DNA from: Eubacteriales bacterium
GTDB lineage: Bacteria > Bacillota > Clostridia > Oscillospirales > CAG-272
Assembly (NCBI GenBank): GCA_045540335.1
Contig: JAZQHC010000041.1
Coordinates: forward strand, 986 to 64,985
Direction: 5' to 3'
DNA: 64,000 nt
Each line of letters begins with the position of its first letter. Position 1 is the stretch's first letter. Of this stretch, positions 7,875 to 18,100 are shown in pieces. Under the pieces are notes generated by a model, which was given only the letters and a program-made list of their open reading frames with translations, searched no databases and was not told the origin of the DNA. Made by a program: the position numbers and the translations under genes.

Positions 7875-9245
7875 TTATATACTCTCTGCCAGGGCTTTTC
7901 GTTTCTGCCATTTGCCTGCCAGAAAATATATCATACTTGGTATTGCGTATCCGTATGGAGCAAGGCCGTAGCCAAGCACAAACCCAAAGAAACCCCAATT
8001 AAGAAATATACCGAACAGCCAGCTAAGACCGATTCTAAGCACAACCCCGTCGAGAAGGGCAAGAACCATGCTTAATTTGGCGTTGCCGATACCCTGTATA
8101 AACGCACCGCTTCCGCGCATTACGGAAAAAGCCGGGAACATCCAGAGTATTGCTTTTATAAACTCTCCCGACATATTATGAACAAAGGGATCGTCAGAGA
8201 AGATCATAAAAAGCTGCTTACCAAGCGTTATGTACAGCACCATAAAAAAGAGCGTAAATATTGCGGAATACACCCAAGCGACGTGAACGATCTTTTTGGC
8301 ACGGTCAGGCTTTACCGCCCCGATATTCTGACTGATCATAGGAACGGCGGCGTATTGTATGCCTTGCGATATTTTATTTACTATATCGTCTATTCTGACA
8401 CCAACGCCAAACGTTGCAGATGCCACAACGCCGATATCGTTTATCATAGCATTGACAACGAGCATTGAAAGATTGATACAGCCTGATTGTATAGCCATGG
8501 GCGTTCCGAGGCTTGCTATCATTCCAACGTATTTAAATTTAGGCGCAAAGCTTTGCATTTCAAAATCGAATCCAAAAGAATCCTTTTTGCGAAAAAGATA
8601 AAACAATGAAAATACAAACGACACGGCTTGCCCGATTATAGTTGCCCAAGCCGCACCGGCAACACCCCAGCCGAAAAGTCCTGTAAAAAGAATATCAAGC
8701 ACGAGGTTTACAGCAGATGCGATGCCAATAAAAAGAAACGGCCGCTTTGCATCCCCCATTCCGCGAAGTACCGCAGACACCATATTGTAACCTGCCGTAA
8801 AGATAAGCCCTGCAGAGCAGATAACAAGATAATCTCTTGCCATGGCATACGATTCTTCGGGAATCTTCATAGTATCAAGCATCCAAGTCTGTGCACAAAG
8901 CATAGCGCAAGTGAATATCAGCGCAATAACGGTAATAAAGGCAAAAAGTGTACCGATTATATCGTTCATTTCTTTTCGCTTTTTTGCGCCGAGCGCTTGG
9001 GCGAGAAGAACCTGCCCTGCATTTGAAAACCCAAGGCAAACCATAGTTGCAAAATTTACTATCTGACTGCTTTGTGAAACCGCCGAAAGCCCCGGCGTAC
9101 CGACAAACTCGCCGACGATTATCATATCTATCGTGCTGTAAAGCACTTGAAGTGCATTTGACGCCATAAAAGGTATGGCAAAGAAAAAAAGCTGCCGTGC
9201 GATATTTCCTTGCGTAAAATCCTTGGATAAATTATTTTTACCCAT
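7875..9245 (-). CDS. MATE family efflux transporter
   Basis: DFTQGNIARQLFFFAIP...LYSTIDMIIVG, RGMGDAKRP, NLVLDILF..GVAGAAWAT; about 12 TM. Confidence 0.93.
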   Translation of the reverse strand: MGKNNLSKDFTQGNIARQLFFFAIPFMASNALQVLYSTIDMIIVGEFVGTPGLSAVSQSSQIVNFATMVCLGFSNAGQVLLAQALGAKKRKEMNDIIGTLFAFITVIALIFTCAMLCAQTWMLDTMKIPEESYAMARDYLVICSAGLIFTAGYNMVSAVLRGMGDAKRPFLFIGIASAVNLVLDILFTGLFGWGVAGAAWATIIGQAVSFVFSLFYLFRKKDSFGFDFEMQSFAPKFKYVGMIASLGTPMAIQSGCINLSMLVVNAMINDIGVVASATFGVGVRIDDIVNKISQGIQYAAVPMISQNIGAVKPDRAKKIVHVAWVYSAIFTLFFMVLYITLGKQLFMIFSDDPFVHNMSGEFIKAILWMFPAFSVMRGSGAFIQGIGNAKLSMVLALLDGVVLRIGLSWLFGIFLNWGFFGFVLGYGLAPYGYAIPSMIYFLAGKWQKRKALAESI

Positions 9246-9315
9246 TCTTATATCATCCCCCTTATTCAAACGCACACCGCAATGAAGTTTATATTTCCTA
9301 CGAATGCCGATTTAT

Positions 9316-9717
9316 TTAACCTTTACTATATGATATTGAAACTTCCTTATTTTCCATTTCCGAAGCTTTAAAAACAACAACTACCGCATTATCGCCCCAA
9401 GTAACAGACGCAACGTTGTGTTCGCCTGCGTTTACACCGTCATTGAAAAGCCGGGTAGATACACGCCGGATAATTTTGCCGTCGTGATCTTTGAGGGTCA
9501 ATCTGACATCCGTTGGGCCAAACGGCCATGCCGGGTCGCCCATTTGTTCAAAAACAAGCGAATACTTCTCGTTGGGACTGTTGTAAGTTGCGATTTCATT
9601 TGGCGTGATAGAATTAAATGCACCGCCCCAAACAGCACCAATAAAAAAGTAAGCGCCGATTACCAAAGCAACGGAAATAAATAATATTAACAACAAAATT
9701 TTGCCTTTTTTGCTCAT
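9316..9717 (-). CDS. Membrane-anchored hypothetical protein (DUF5412-like)
   Basis: N-terminal TM, SPNEKYSL..GDPAWPFG motif. Preceded by TTGACA-N17-TAAAAT (9759-9787). Confidence 0.6.
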   Translation of the reverse strand: MSKKGKILLLILFISVALVIGAYFFIGAVWGGAFNSITPNEIATYNSPNEKYSLVFEQMGDPAWPFGPTDVRLTLKDHDGKIIRRVSTRLFNDGVNAGEHNVASVTWGDNAVVVVFKASEMENKEVSISYSKG

Positions 9718-9772
9718 ATTTTTTACCCCTTTTCAGTTTCTTGTTTATCAGCGAGTCGATTTTATCATATTT

Positions 9773-9910
9773 TTATGAATTTGTCAATTTGGTTGCTTTT
9801 AATGACTCTATATTGGGATATCCTCTGTCAGATTCCCATTTTGAGATTGCTGTTCTTGAAACGAAGAGTTTTTCGGCAAGCTCTTCTCGGGAGAGTCTTT
9901 TTTTGTTCTG
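9773..9910 (-). pseudogene. XRE-family HTH regulator remnant
   Basis: Startless frame reads KKRLSREELAEKLFVSRTAISKWESDRGYPNIESLK. Not in the ORF track. Confidence 0.75.
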
Positions 9911-10055
9911 ATATCACTTATAATATCCTTTGTTTTGTACTTTTATTATAACATATCGCTAACAAGTTCTTCGCAAGCGCCGCGGTGAAAAATCCCGTTT
10001 TTTCTAAAAAATCAAAAAAATATTTTATGAAATAAAAAACGTTTATCAACCGTAA

Positions 10056-10335
10056 TTATCTTGTTTTTTTATAACCGCTTCGTGCATTGCAAATATCAAT
10101 ATTAAAAATATCAACTGATATACGGGCAAAAGCGATATGGAAATATGCTGTGCAATTACACCGAACAACGGCGGCATCGTTAAAAAGCCTATATATGCAA
10201 ACGCCATTTGCACACCTATCATTGCTTGTGATTATCTTTACCAAACACGTCGGGCGTCATATGTATAATACAGGGGTATATTGGCGCACAGCCAAGACCT
10301 ATTACGATAAATCCTGCCAATGCCGCTGCATTATA
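10056..10335 (-). pseudogene. C-terminal remnant of an MFS transporter, frameshifted
   Basis: ALAGFIVIGLGCAPIYPCIIHMTPDVFGKD / SQAMIGVQMAFAYIGFLTMPPLFGVIA in two frames with a shift near 10235. Confidence 0.7.
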
Positions 10336-10402
10336 CTGTATTTCTCTTCAAATTAAGATTCTGTAAAGCATTACGGATATTACCGAAAAAATGCCTCGTT
10401 TT

Positions 10403-10948
10403 TTACCCTTTATTTTGGGAAAATACGATTTTTTCCACAAGCTTTGTTCCGGCGGGGATAAGCAATAATTGCAGTATTATACCCGGCACGGCATCTGCGA
10501 AGCCACCTATTAAAAACATCGTAAAGGTAAACGACTGCCCCTTTATACCAAGCAAAAGCGCTTTTACTATGCCCCATACCACTCTGCCCGATATCATTGA
10601 TATCAACAGGCTGAAATACACGCCTGCCGTTTTATTTTTAAAGCACCTGTTATACAGATATCCTATTGTAAACCCGTAGGCAGCAAGCTCTGCTGCCATC
10701 CACACGGCATTGGGATAAATAGGCGGCATGCCAAACGTAACGGATCTTAAAAAGGGCAAAATAAGCCCTACTGCGAAGCCGTATTTCCAACCGCATACTA
10801 TCCCGCAGAACATAACTGCGATATGCATTGGAAGCAAGCTGTCACCGATTTCTTTTATTTGCGCCGTAAACATGGGCAAAACCATTCCCAGTGCTAAAAA
10901 AAGCCCTGCGAATACCGTAGTTGTATATATATTCTTTTTTTCAAGCAT
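10403..10948 (-). CDS. ECF transporter S component
   Basis: LLPMHIAVMFCGIVCGWKYG..G...P, MPPIYPNAVWMAAELAAYG, PGIILQLLLIP. Confidence 0.85.
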   Translation of the reverse strand: MLEKKNIYTTTVFAGLFLALGMVLPMFTAQIKEIGDSLLPMHIAVMFCGIVCGWKYGFAVGLILPFLRSVTFGMPPIYPNAVWMAAELAAYGFTIGYLYNRCFKNKTAGVYFSLLISMISGRVVWGIVKALLLGIKGQSFTFTMFLIGGFADAVPGIILQLLLIPAGTKLVEKIVFSQNKG

Positions 10949-10970
10949 ATACAATATTCTCCTGCAAATT

Positions 10971-11003
10971 TCAAACGGCAGAGAAAAATTCTCCGCCGTT
11001 TGA
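10971..11003. terminator. Hairpin after EEP paralog 1
   Basis: tcaaacggcagagaa/ttctccgccgtttga. Confidence 0.55.
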
Positions 11004-11025
11004 TATTTAAATTGTTTAATCACTA

Positions 11026-14000
11026 TCAGTCAAGCGAAATGTCCACACATACGGGGTAGTGGTCTGCCGCGCCTGACGTTGTCTTGTTTGTAGGCATTCT
11101 GTGACGAACAACAGTAACGCCGCTTGTTTGCATAAACGTATCGATACCCAACGCTTCAGAGCCGGGGCGAGGTGTAGATGTTCCGTTATAGTGCGATGTA
11201 CGTTCAGGTGAATAGCCTCTGATCGCATCGTAACGGCAATCCGTAACTATACCCGAATTGATAAATACAGAATATGCATCATCATACGAATATGTATTAT
11301 AGTCACCCATGTTGATAACTTCGCAACCGTATTTCTTCGTGATTCTCTTCGTGAAATCTACGATTTCCTGTGCGTTTATAGCACGTACGGGGTTTGCGAT
11401 GCTTCTGTCGGATTTATGATAGAAGTGCGTTGTGCTTGTAGCAAATATTTGGCCTGTTACCTTATCTTTAAGAACTGCCCACGTTACGTTGTGGCCGGGG
11501 TAGTTTGTTTCGCCTGAAAGAACGAACCAGCCCTTTTCTACGCAAGTAAATCTTGAAGTTTTGTACGCCAAGGGTGCGTAGTTTTGCTTTCCGCCGGAAA
11601 CGTCGTTTCCGATAACGGTGTATCCTTCGCTTACAAGCTTCGGTGTAAGCAAAGATGTAAATGTAGCGCAATATTCCTGGAAGCCGATAACGTCTGCGGA
11701 ATAATAACGTATGCCTTCAACGAAATTATTTATTCTTGAAGTATCTTTGTTTAATTCGAATCTTTCAACGTTTTGCGTTACAAATCTGTAATCTGCGCCG
11801 TCTGTCAAAGCAAGTGTATTTTTCTTTGCGTCGAAGTTTTTAACGCTGTCAGAGCAGAGAGTTTTGAAATCTATCGCGCCGGAAGCACTTGAAAGTGCAC
11901 GTGCGATCTGCTGTGATGCGTATTCTGCCGCTATTGCGCTGCCGCCGATAGCAAATATATCGCCGTTGTTGTAGAACAAGCCGTATTGCGTTGCACCAAC
12001 GGTTTTGCTGTTGGGAACAAGCGAGTTACCGCCGGCGCCCGAGCCGGAGCTTGCAATAACGATCTGCGGATAGTCTGCCCTGGAATTATATTCTGCAATT
12101 TGCATTTGAACGCCCGTATAGTATTCTATATCGTTTGCCAAAAGCTTAACTGCCTGCATGATACCTGCTATATCTTCAATAGCAGCACTTTTTTCGTTTG
12201 TAAGATACGTGATCTTCAATTTGCTGATATCAACGCCGTTTATCGTAGCAGATACGATAGGGCATCTGATCTGTTCGCGAACGCCGTTTACACGTGCGCC
12301 CGTAGCTGCGGATACAGCGTAGGGTACTACGTTAAGAAGTACCGTGCCTTCGTTAACGGGAAGGCCGCTTACCTTAACGGAATAAGTATAGCCGTCGTCT
12401 GTCTTTGTAAACGTGCTTGTCGTTACTGTTTTAGTAGCAACCGTTTTGCCGTTTTCGGTATGAACCGTAGTGATAACGAAGCCGGCTTTGCTGAATTCGC
12501 CGTATTTGAACGAGCCTGTAAACGTTACGTCGCCTGCGCTGTCAACGGTTGTACCTACAAGATCAAGTCCGTGGAATTGACCGCCCGCATTCGTTCCGGG
12601 TGTGGGTACGGAGTTTTTAGTACCACAGTCAACGCCGAGGTCTATAACGCTTATAACGTTAGACGAATAGTTGATATATTCGCCTACAGCAGAGGGAAGA
12701 CCGTTGTTTGCATTCGTTCCCGTTACCTGTGCGGGATACGTCGGTGCGATGTAGGTGTGTTCGTAATCAAGGAAATATTTTTGAACCTTTAATTTTGCTG
12801 TGTCGATAAGGTTTGCTTCGTCAACGAAGTTATAGAAGTTACGTGAAGATCCCTTTTCGGCAGTTGTGGAAACGAAATACAACGCGATACTGTCTGCCCG
12901 TTTCTGAAGCTCTGCAACTGATGTATATGCCAAGGGTGCATCAGCCGATGCTTTAAGATTTTTAAGCTCTGTTCCGTTATCAAGTCTTGTATTATTTACA
13001 GTCGCATTCTTGATAAGAGAGAAAGCAGATGCAACCTTGTAATCGGGAAGGAAGCCTTTTCCTGCGCCGCTGTTTACTTTCGTTGCCGCATATACGTCTG
13101 CGCTGCCATCGTGAATAGCAACGGGAACTACTACAACGTTGGTCATATCGTTGCCTTGTTCTGTCCAGTAAGCTTTGAAATCGTCAACCGTGAGATTTCT
13201 GTTTTCATACGTTACAAACCAAAGAACAGCCATTTGGCCGGGTGCTATTTCTGCATCGCATGCGGAAAGATTCAATCTGTCAAGCGCGGAAAGCGCCGTG
13301 TCGGATCCGGTGGGAGAAACCAAGCCGAGAACCTTTCTGTATGCCGAGAATTCGTATTTGCCGCTGTTGGATGCCGCAAATCTGTAAAGCGAATACTTGT
13401 TGATGTTTATAGCAGTGTTGGAAGTATTCATAACTTCCATAAATTCATACGCGCCGTTTGAAGGTGTTGCGCATATTTCGCTTATCGTAAGGTTCTTTTC
13501 AGAATCTTCTTTGCTGAATTTGATTATTTTGAACTGCTGCGACGCGGAAGAAGCAGAGTACGTGCCAAGCTGCAACGGCGTGCCGCTTGTTGTTTTACCG
13601 CCTTCAACCTCAAGCACGCAGGTAAACGTGCATTTAGGTGCGAGAACGTAGTTGCCGTTAACGCTGTAAATAAACCATCTTTGCGCATTCGTGTTGTTGG
13701 AAAGGTATGTATTTACCTTTGTGCCTGCCGCGCCTGAGCCTGCCGCGCAGTCAAGCGATCTACCTGTTTTAAGGTTCGTTATTTCATAGCTTCCGTCAGA
13801 GAAACGGATAAATCTCCATGCTTGGCCGTCGCCCTTGTTGGGATAACGGATAAGCGCGGTTTCGCCTGAAACGCCTATGTTGTATTTGGATTGAACACCT
13901 CTGATATTAGCCCAGAAATTGCTTCCCAAATTTACGGGTGTCATTTTTTCAATAGTACCTGCCTGTGAAATTTTGAATTGCTGGCCTGCAGCGCCGCTGA

Positions 14001-14748
14001 ACGTATTCATCTGAACGTTTGCGCCTGCCGCAGTAGAGTTGCCGTTTACCGTAAGGGCACACGTAGTACCGCATTTAGCGCGGAGAGAATACGTGCCGTT
14101 TGTGTTTTTGTAGATGTACCAACGCTGTGCGTTAGTATCGTTGCTTGCGTAAAGGTCAACATTCGCACCCGAAGCACGTGATGCCGCATAAACGTCAAGC
14201 ACCTTACCTGTTGCTTTGTTCGTTATTTTGTAGCTGCCGTCTGTTTGCCTTGTAAGCGTCCAATACTGGTTTGCTTCAAGAACAGGCGTAACAGTCCACA
14301 CGTTTGTGCCCGTGTAGCCAAGGTTCATACCGCCGGAATTCATTGCGATTCTTACGTCGATATCCGTACCAAGGTCAACCGCTGGGGCTGTAACGCGCGA
14401 TTCGTTGATACCGTGAGACAAGAAGTGATTCATTGCACTTTCACGGTTCGAACCGAACGCCGCTTTAAGGTCGCCGTTTTTGGTCAGATAATAGTCAACA
14501 CTGAACATGGGGCTTGCCTGACGGCCTTCCTTAATTCCGTTGTTGACAAAGTGATTATAAAGACTTGTTGCATTCGTACCGAATGCCGCTTTAAGGTCGC
14601 CGTATTTGTTTGCGTAATACGTTGCGTCAAACACAACGGATTTCAGGTTTGAAGGGATAGATACTGCCGCCTTCGCCTGCAACGGAAATACTGCCACGAC
14701 CATAAGGAGCGCCAAACACAAAGATGTCAACCGAATAATGTTTTTCAT
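11026..14748 (-). CDS. Secreted multidomain protein: FDxxYY..DL..HF..G..EGR repeats, 2 ricin-B lectin domains, lamin-tail-like domain, GH20-N-like domain, C-terminal EEP phosphoesterase (paralog 1)
   Basis: Signal peptide; QxW ricin repeats (NQYW, AQRW); ISEICATP..YEFMEVMNTS; EEP motifs TQNV, DVIGFQE, TTHF, MGDYN, ID, ADHYPV. Confidence 0.85.
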   Translation of the reverse strand: MKNIIRLTSLCLALLMVVAVFPLQAKAAVSIPSNLKSVVFDATYYANKYGDLKAAFGTNATSLYNHFVNNGIKEGRQASPMFSVDYYLTKNGDLKAAFGSNRESAMNHFLSHGINESRVTAPAVDLGTDIDVRIAMNSGGMNLGYTGTNVWTVTPVLEANQYWTLTRQTDGSYKITNKATGKVLDVYAASRASGANVDLYASNDTNAQRWYIYKNTNGTYSLRAKCGTTCALTVNGNSTAAGANVQMNTFSGAAGQQFKISQAGTIEKMTPVNLGSNFWANIRGVQSKYNIGVSGETALIRYPNKGDGQAWRFIRFSDGSYEITNLKTGRSLDCAAGSGAAGTKVNTYLSNNTNAQRWFIYSVNGNYVLAPKCTFTCVLEVEGGKTTSGTPLQLGTYSASSASQQFKIIKFSKEDSEKNLTISEICATPSNGAYEFMEVMNTSNTAININKYSLYRFAASNSGKYEFSAYRKVLGLVSPTGSDTALSALDRLNLSACDAEIAPGQMAVLWFVTYENRNLTVDDFKAYWTEQGNDMTNVVVVPVAIHDGSADVYAATKVNSGAGKGFLPDYKVASAFSLIKNATVNNTRLDNGTELKNLKASADAPLAYTSVAELQKRADSIALYFVSTTAEKGSSRNFYNFVDEANLIDTAKLKVQKYFLDYEHTYIAPTYPAQVTGTNANNGLPSAVGEYINYSSNVISVIDLGVDCGTKNSVPTPGTNAGGQFHGLDLVGTTVDSAGDVTFTGSFKYGEFSKAGFVITTVHTENGKTVATKTVTTSTFTKTDDGYTYSVKVSGLPVNEGTVLLNVVPYAVSAATGARVNGVREQIRCPIVSATINGVDISKLKITYLTNEKSAAIEDIAGIMQAVKLLANDIEYYTGVQMQIAEYNSRADYPQIVIASSGSGAGGNSLVPNSKTVGATQYGLFYNNGDIFAIGGSAIAAEYASQQIARALSSASGAIDFKTLCSDSVKNFDAKKNTLALTDGADYRFVTQNVERFELNKDTSRINNFVEGIRYYSADVIGFQEYCATFTSLLTPKLVSEGYTVIGNDVSGGKQNYAPLAYKTSRFTCVEKGWFVLSGETNYPGHNVTWAVLKDKVTGQIFATSTTHFYHKSDRSIANPVRAINAQEIVDFTKRITKKYGCEVINMGDYNTYSYDDAYSVFINSGIVTDCRYDAIRGYSPERTSHYNGTSTPRPGSEALGIDTFMQTSGVTVVRHRMPTNKTTSGAADHYPVCVDISLD

Positions 14749-14787
14749 GTTTCCTCCTATATAATAAATATTTATTTGTCCATTTAC

Positions 14788-14859
14788 ATTATATAACCAA
14801 AAAATTCGTTTGTCAATTTGAAAAACTTAAACCTATGCATTCTTTACATTTTATTTACA
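14788..14859 (-). promoter_or_regulatory. SigA promoter with upstream TGTAAA-N5-TGTAAA direct repeat (WalR/PhoP-type box)
   Basis: TTGACA (14811-16) N17 TATAAT (14788-93); tttaca at 14843 and 14854; conserved in the paralog promoter. Confidence 0.7.
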
Positions 14860-14953
14860 CGTATTGTTGTTTATACGATGATAAACAGCAATATTAACCA
14901 AACAGATAATTTTCGTTATTTAAATTCTGCCACCACAGATGTGGCAATTCAAA

Positions 14954-14998
14954 GCCTCCTTTGAGAGGAAGGGGGACCGCAACGCGGTGGAAGGGGTC
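14954..14998. repeat. REP-like palindromic element
   Basis: gcctcctttgagaggaagggggaccgcaacgcggtggaaggggtc, similar in layout to the reverse complement of 761-804. Confidence 0.5.
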
Positions 14999-15117
14999 TA
15001 TCGCTGCGGCGGAATTACTCATCACCAAAAGCCTCTATCGAACCACCTGCAGGTGGTTTTCGGTAAACAAAAAAACAAAGGGCCCGATTTTATCGAGCCC
15101 TATGTTATTAAATTCGT

Positions 15118-18100
15118 TTATTTGTTCAGTGAAAAATCTAATAAAACAGGCCAGTGGTCTGAACAATATGACGTATGCAAATTGATAACGATTTTCGTAC
15201 GGAAAACATTTACCTTGGAGGTTGTGAAGAAGAAGTCGATATTTCTTGACGGCGAGCCTCCTATAAGTTCTGTCGAACCAACAGCATGTGCCGCACGGAA
15301 TAATAAGCCGTCTCTGAACGAATGGAATCTTGTGTCGTCAACGATACCGTCGCCGATCATTAAATGATACGCCTCGTCATACGGACGCATATTGTAGTCG
15401 CCCATATTGACTACCTCACATCCGTGTCTCTTGACGATATCCTTTGTAACATCCAATATCATCTGCGAGTTTTCCACACGAATCGGAAGTTTATGATCCC
15501 AGCCGCCTATATTATAGAAGTGCGTTGTAGTTGCCGCTATTACCTGGGACGTTGCCTTATCCTTCAAGACTGCCCATGTTACACCAAACCAGCTGCTTCC
15601 GCCGGGTAATTCCTTCCAGCCGCTTTCAAGGCACGTGAATTTTGACGTCTTATACGCCAATGGAACACGGTTGTTACCATCTGCCGGACCCGTATATACT
15701 TGTTGCTGAATTACAGTATAACCCTGTGCCTTGAGCATAGGAATAAACCTATTCATATTTTCAATACAGCATTCCTGGAAGCCAATAACATCAGGTGAGT
15801 AGTAATTGATAAACTCAACCATTTTGCTATATCTGCTTGTGTCATTATTGCCTTCGTACCACAGCATATTGAATGTCATGAATCTGTAATCTGCGCCATC
15901 TGTCAAGGGAAGATGATTTTTGTTTATATTAAACGTTTTGGGTGTATCAAAGCAGAGGTCTTTAAGCTCTACGTTGCCCGTTGCTTTCGACAAAGCTGTT
16001 GTAATCAACTGTGATGCGTATTCTGCCGCTATTGACGTGCCGCCTATAATGTATATCTCGCCCGTCGTTTTGTTTACGATACTGTATTGGTTAGTGCCGA
16101 CAGTTTTATTGCTTGCAACAAGCGCATTACCGCCTGCGCCGTTACCGGATGTTGCAATAACGATTTGAGGATAAGCAGCCCTCGGGTCGTAGATACCTGT
16201 TTCTACCTCAACGCCCGTATAATATTCAATATCGTTTGCAAGAAGATCGACAATCTCTTTGATAGCTGACATGTCTTTTGCGGGGGCGTTTACTTCATTT
16301 ACAAGGTACGTTACCTTAAGGCCTTCAATGCTCTTGCCGTTGATAGTAGCGGAAACAAGAGGGCATCTTATTTCTTTAGCCGTACCGTTTACGCGCGAAT
16401 TAGATTGAGAATAAATAGCGTAAGGAACTACTGAAAGCACTACGCTTCCGTCGTTAAGGGGAAGACCGCTTACCTTTACAGAATATGAATAACCACCGTC
16501 TATTGCCTTAAATTCGGTAGTATTAACAGTCTTTGTAGCAATAGTTTCGCCCGTTGCCGTAGCCACGGTCGTAACAACGAAGCCAAGCTCTTTATACTGG
16601 TCGTATTCAAATCTGCCGGTAAGTGTTAAATTACCGGAAGCATCAACAGACGTGCTTACAAGATCCAAGCCTGCAAACTGACCGCACCATCTCGTACCGG
16701 GAGATACGTCGGTTTTTTTGTTACCACCGTCAACGCCGAACGTTATAACACCGGGTGCCGTACCTGTTGAATCAAGGTTGATATATTCGCCAAGCGTTTT
16801 GGGATAGCCTGTTGTCGTGTTGGAGCTTGTAACCTGTGCAGAGTAGGGAACTGCCGAAAATACGTGTGTGTATGTATGCATAGGCTCTCTGAGTGCCTGT
16901 GTGGCAGCATACGCATACGATTCATAATCAACGTAATTGTAGTAATTGCGCGATGTACCCGTTTCAGCAGTCGTTCTTACAAAGTACAAAGCTATCGAAT
17001 CTGCTCTGTTATGAAGCTCAGCCGTTAATTCACGTGCAAGAAGCGCATCTGCACTTGCTGTAACGCTGCCGAGATCTGTTCCGTTATCAAGTCTTACGTT
17101 TACTGCTGAATTCTTGATAAGTGACAGTGCAACACCTGCTTTTTTGTCGGGCAAGAAGCCTGCACCGCAGCCGCTGTTTATCTTCGTTGCCGCGTGTATA
17201 TCGGCACTGCCGTCGTGAATAGCAACGGGAACTACTACAACGTTTGTCATGTTGCTGCCTTGTTCTGTCCAATATGCTTTGAAATCATCAACCGTAAGAT
17301 TTCTGTTTGCATACGTTACAAACCAAAGAACTACTATGTCGTTAGGCTTAAGACTTACGTTGTAAGATGAAAGATTTACTCTTTCAAGGCACTTGATATC
17401 AGTGCTTACTTCAACACCTGATACAAGACCGAGAAGTATGTTATAGCCGTTACTTTCGTTTTTTGCGCTGTTTGCAAAGCCGAATCTGTAAAGTGAGTAT
17501 TGGTTAAGGTTTACCGTCTTATCTGACGTATTTATTACTTCCATAAACTCGTACGCACCGTTTGTAGGTGTTTGGCATATTTCGCTTATGGCAAGATTCT
17601 TTTCGGATTCGCTTTTATTAAGCTTTATAACCTTAAACTGCTGTGCGGTAGATGCAGCGGAGTATTTTGCAAGCACCATACCCGTGCCGCTTGCTGTTTT
17701 ACCGCCTTCAACCTCAAGCGCACATTCCATTGAACATTTGGGAACGAATATGTAATTTCCGTTAACCTTGAAAATGTACCATCTTTGTGCGTTTGTGTTG
17801 TTGGAAAGGTATGTGTTTACCTTTGTGCCTGCCGCGCAGTCAAGCGATTTACCTGTGTAAAGGTTCGTTATCTCATAACTTCCGTCAGAGAAACGAATAA
17901 ATCTCCAGGTTTGTCTGTAACCGGTGTTAGGGTAACGGATAAGAGCATTGTCGCCCGAAAGGCCTATGTTGTAGTTTGAACCAACGCCCCTGATATTAGC
18001 CCAGAAGTTACTGCCTATATTTACGGGCGTCATGCTTTCCAATTCGCTAAGCGGTACGATATTGAATTGCTGGCCTGCAGAGCCGCTGAACGTATTCATC

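Noticed and set aside
14939-15367. 142-aa plus-strand ORF between the EEP paralogs
   Set aside because: It reads through a REP-like element, a terminator and the antisense of paralog 2.
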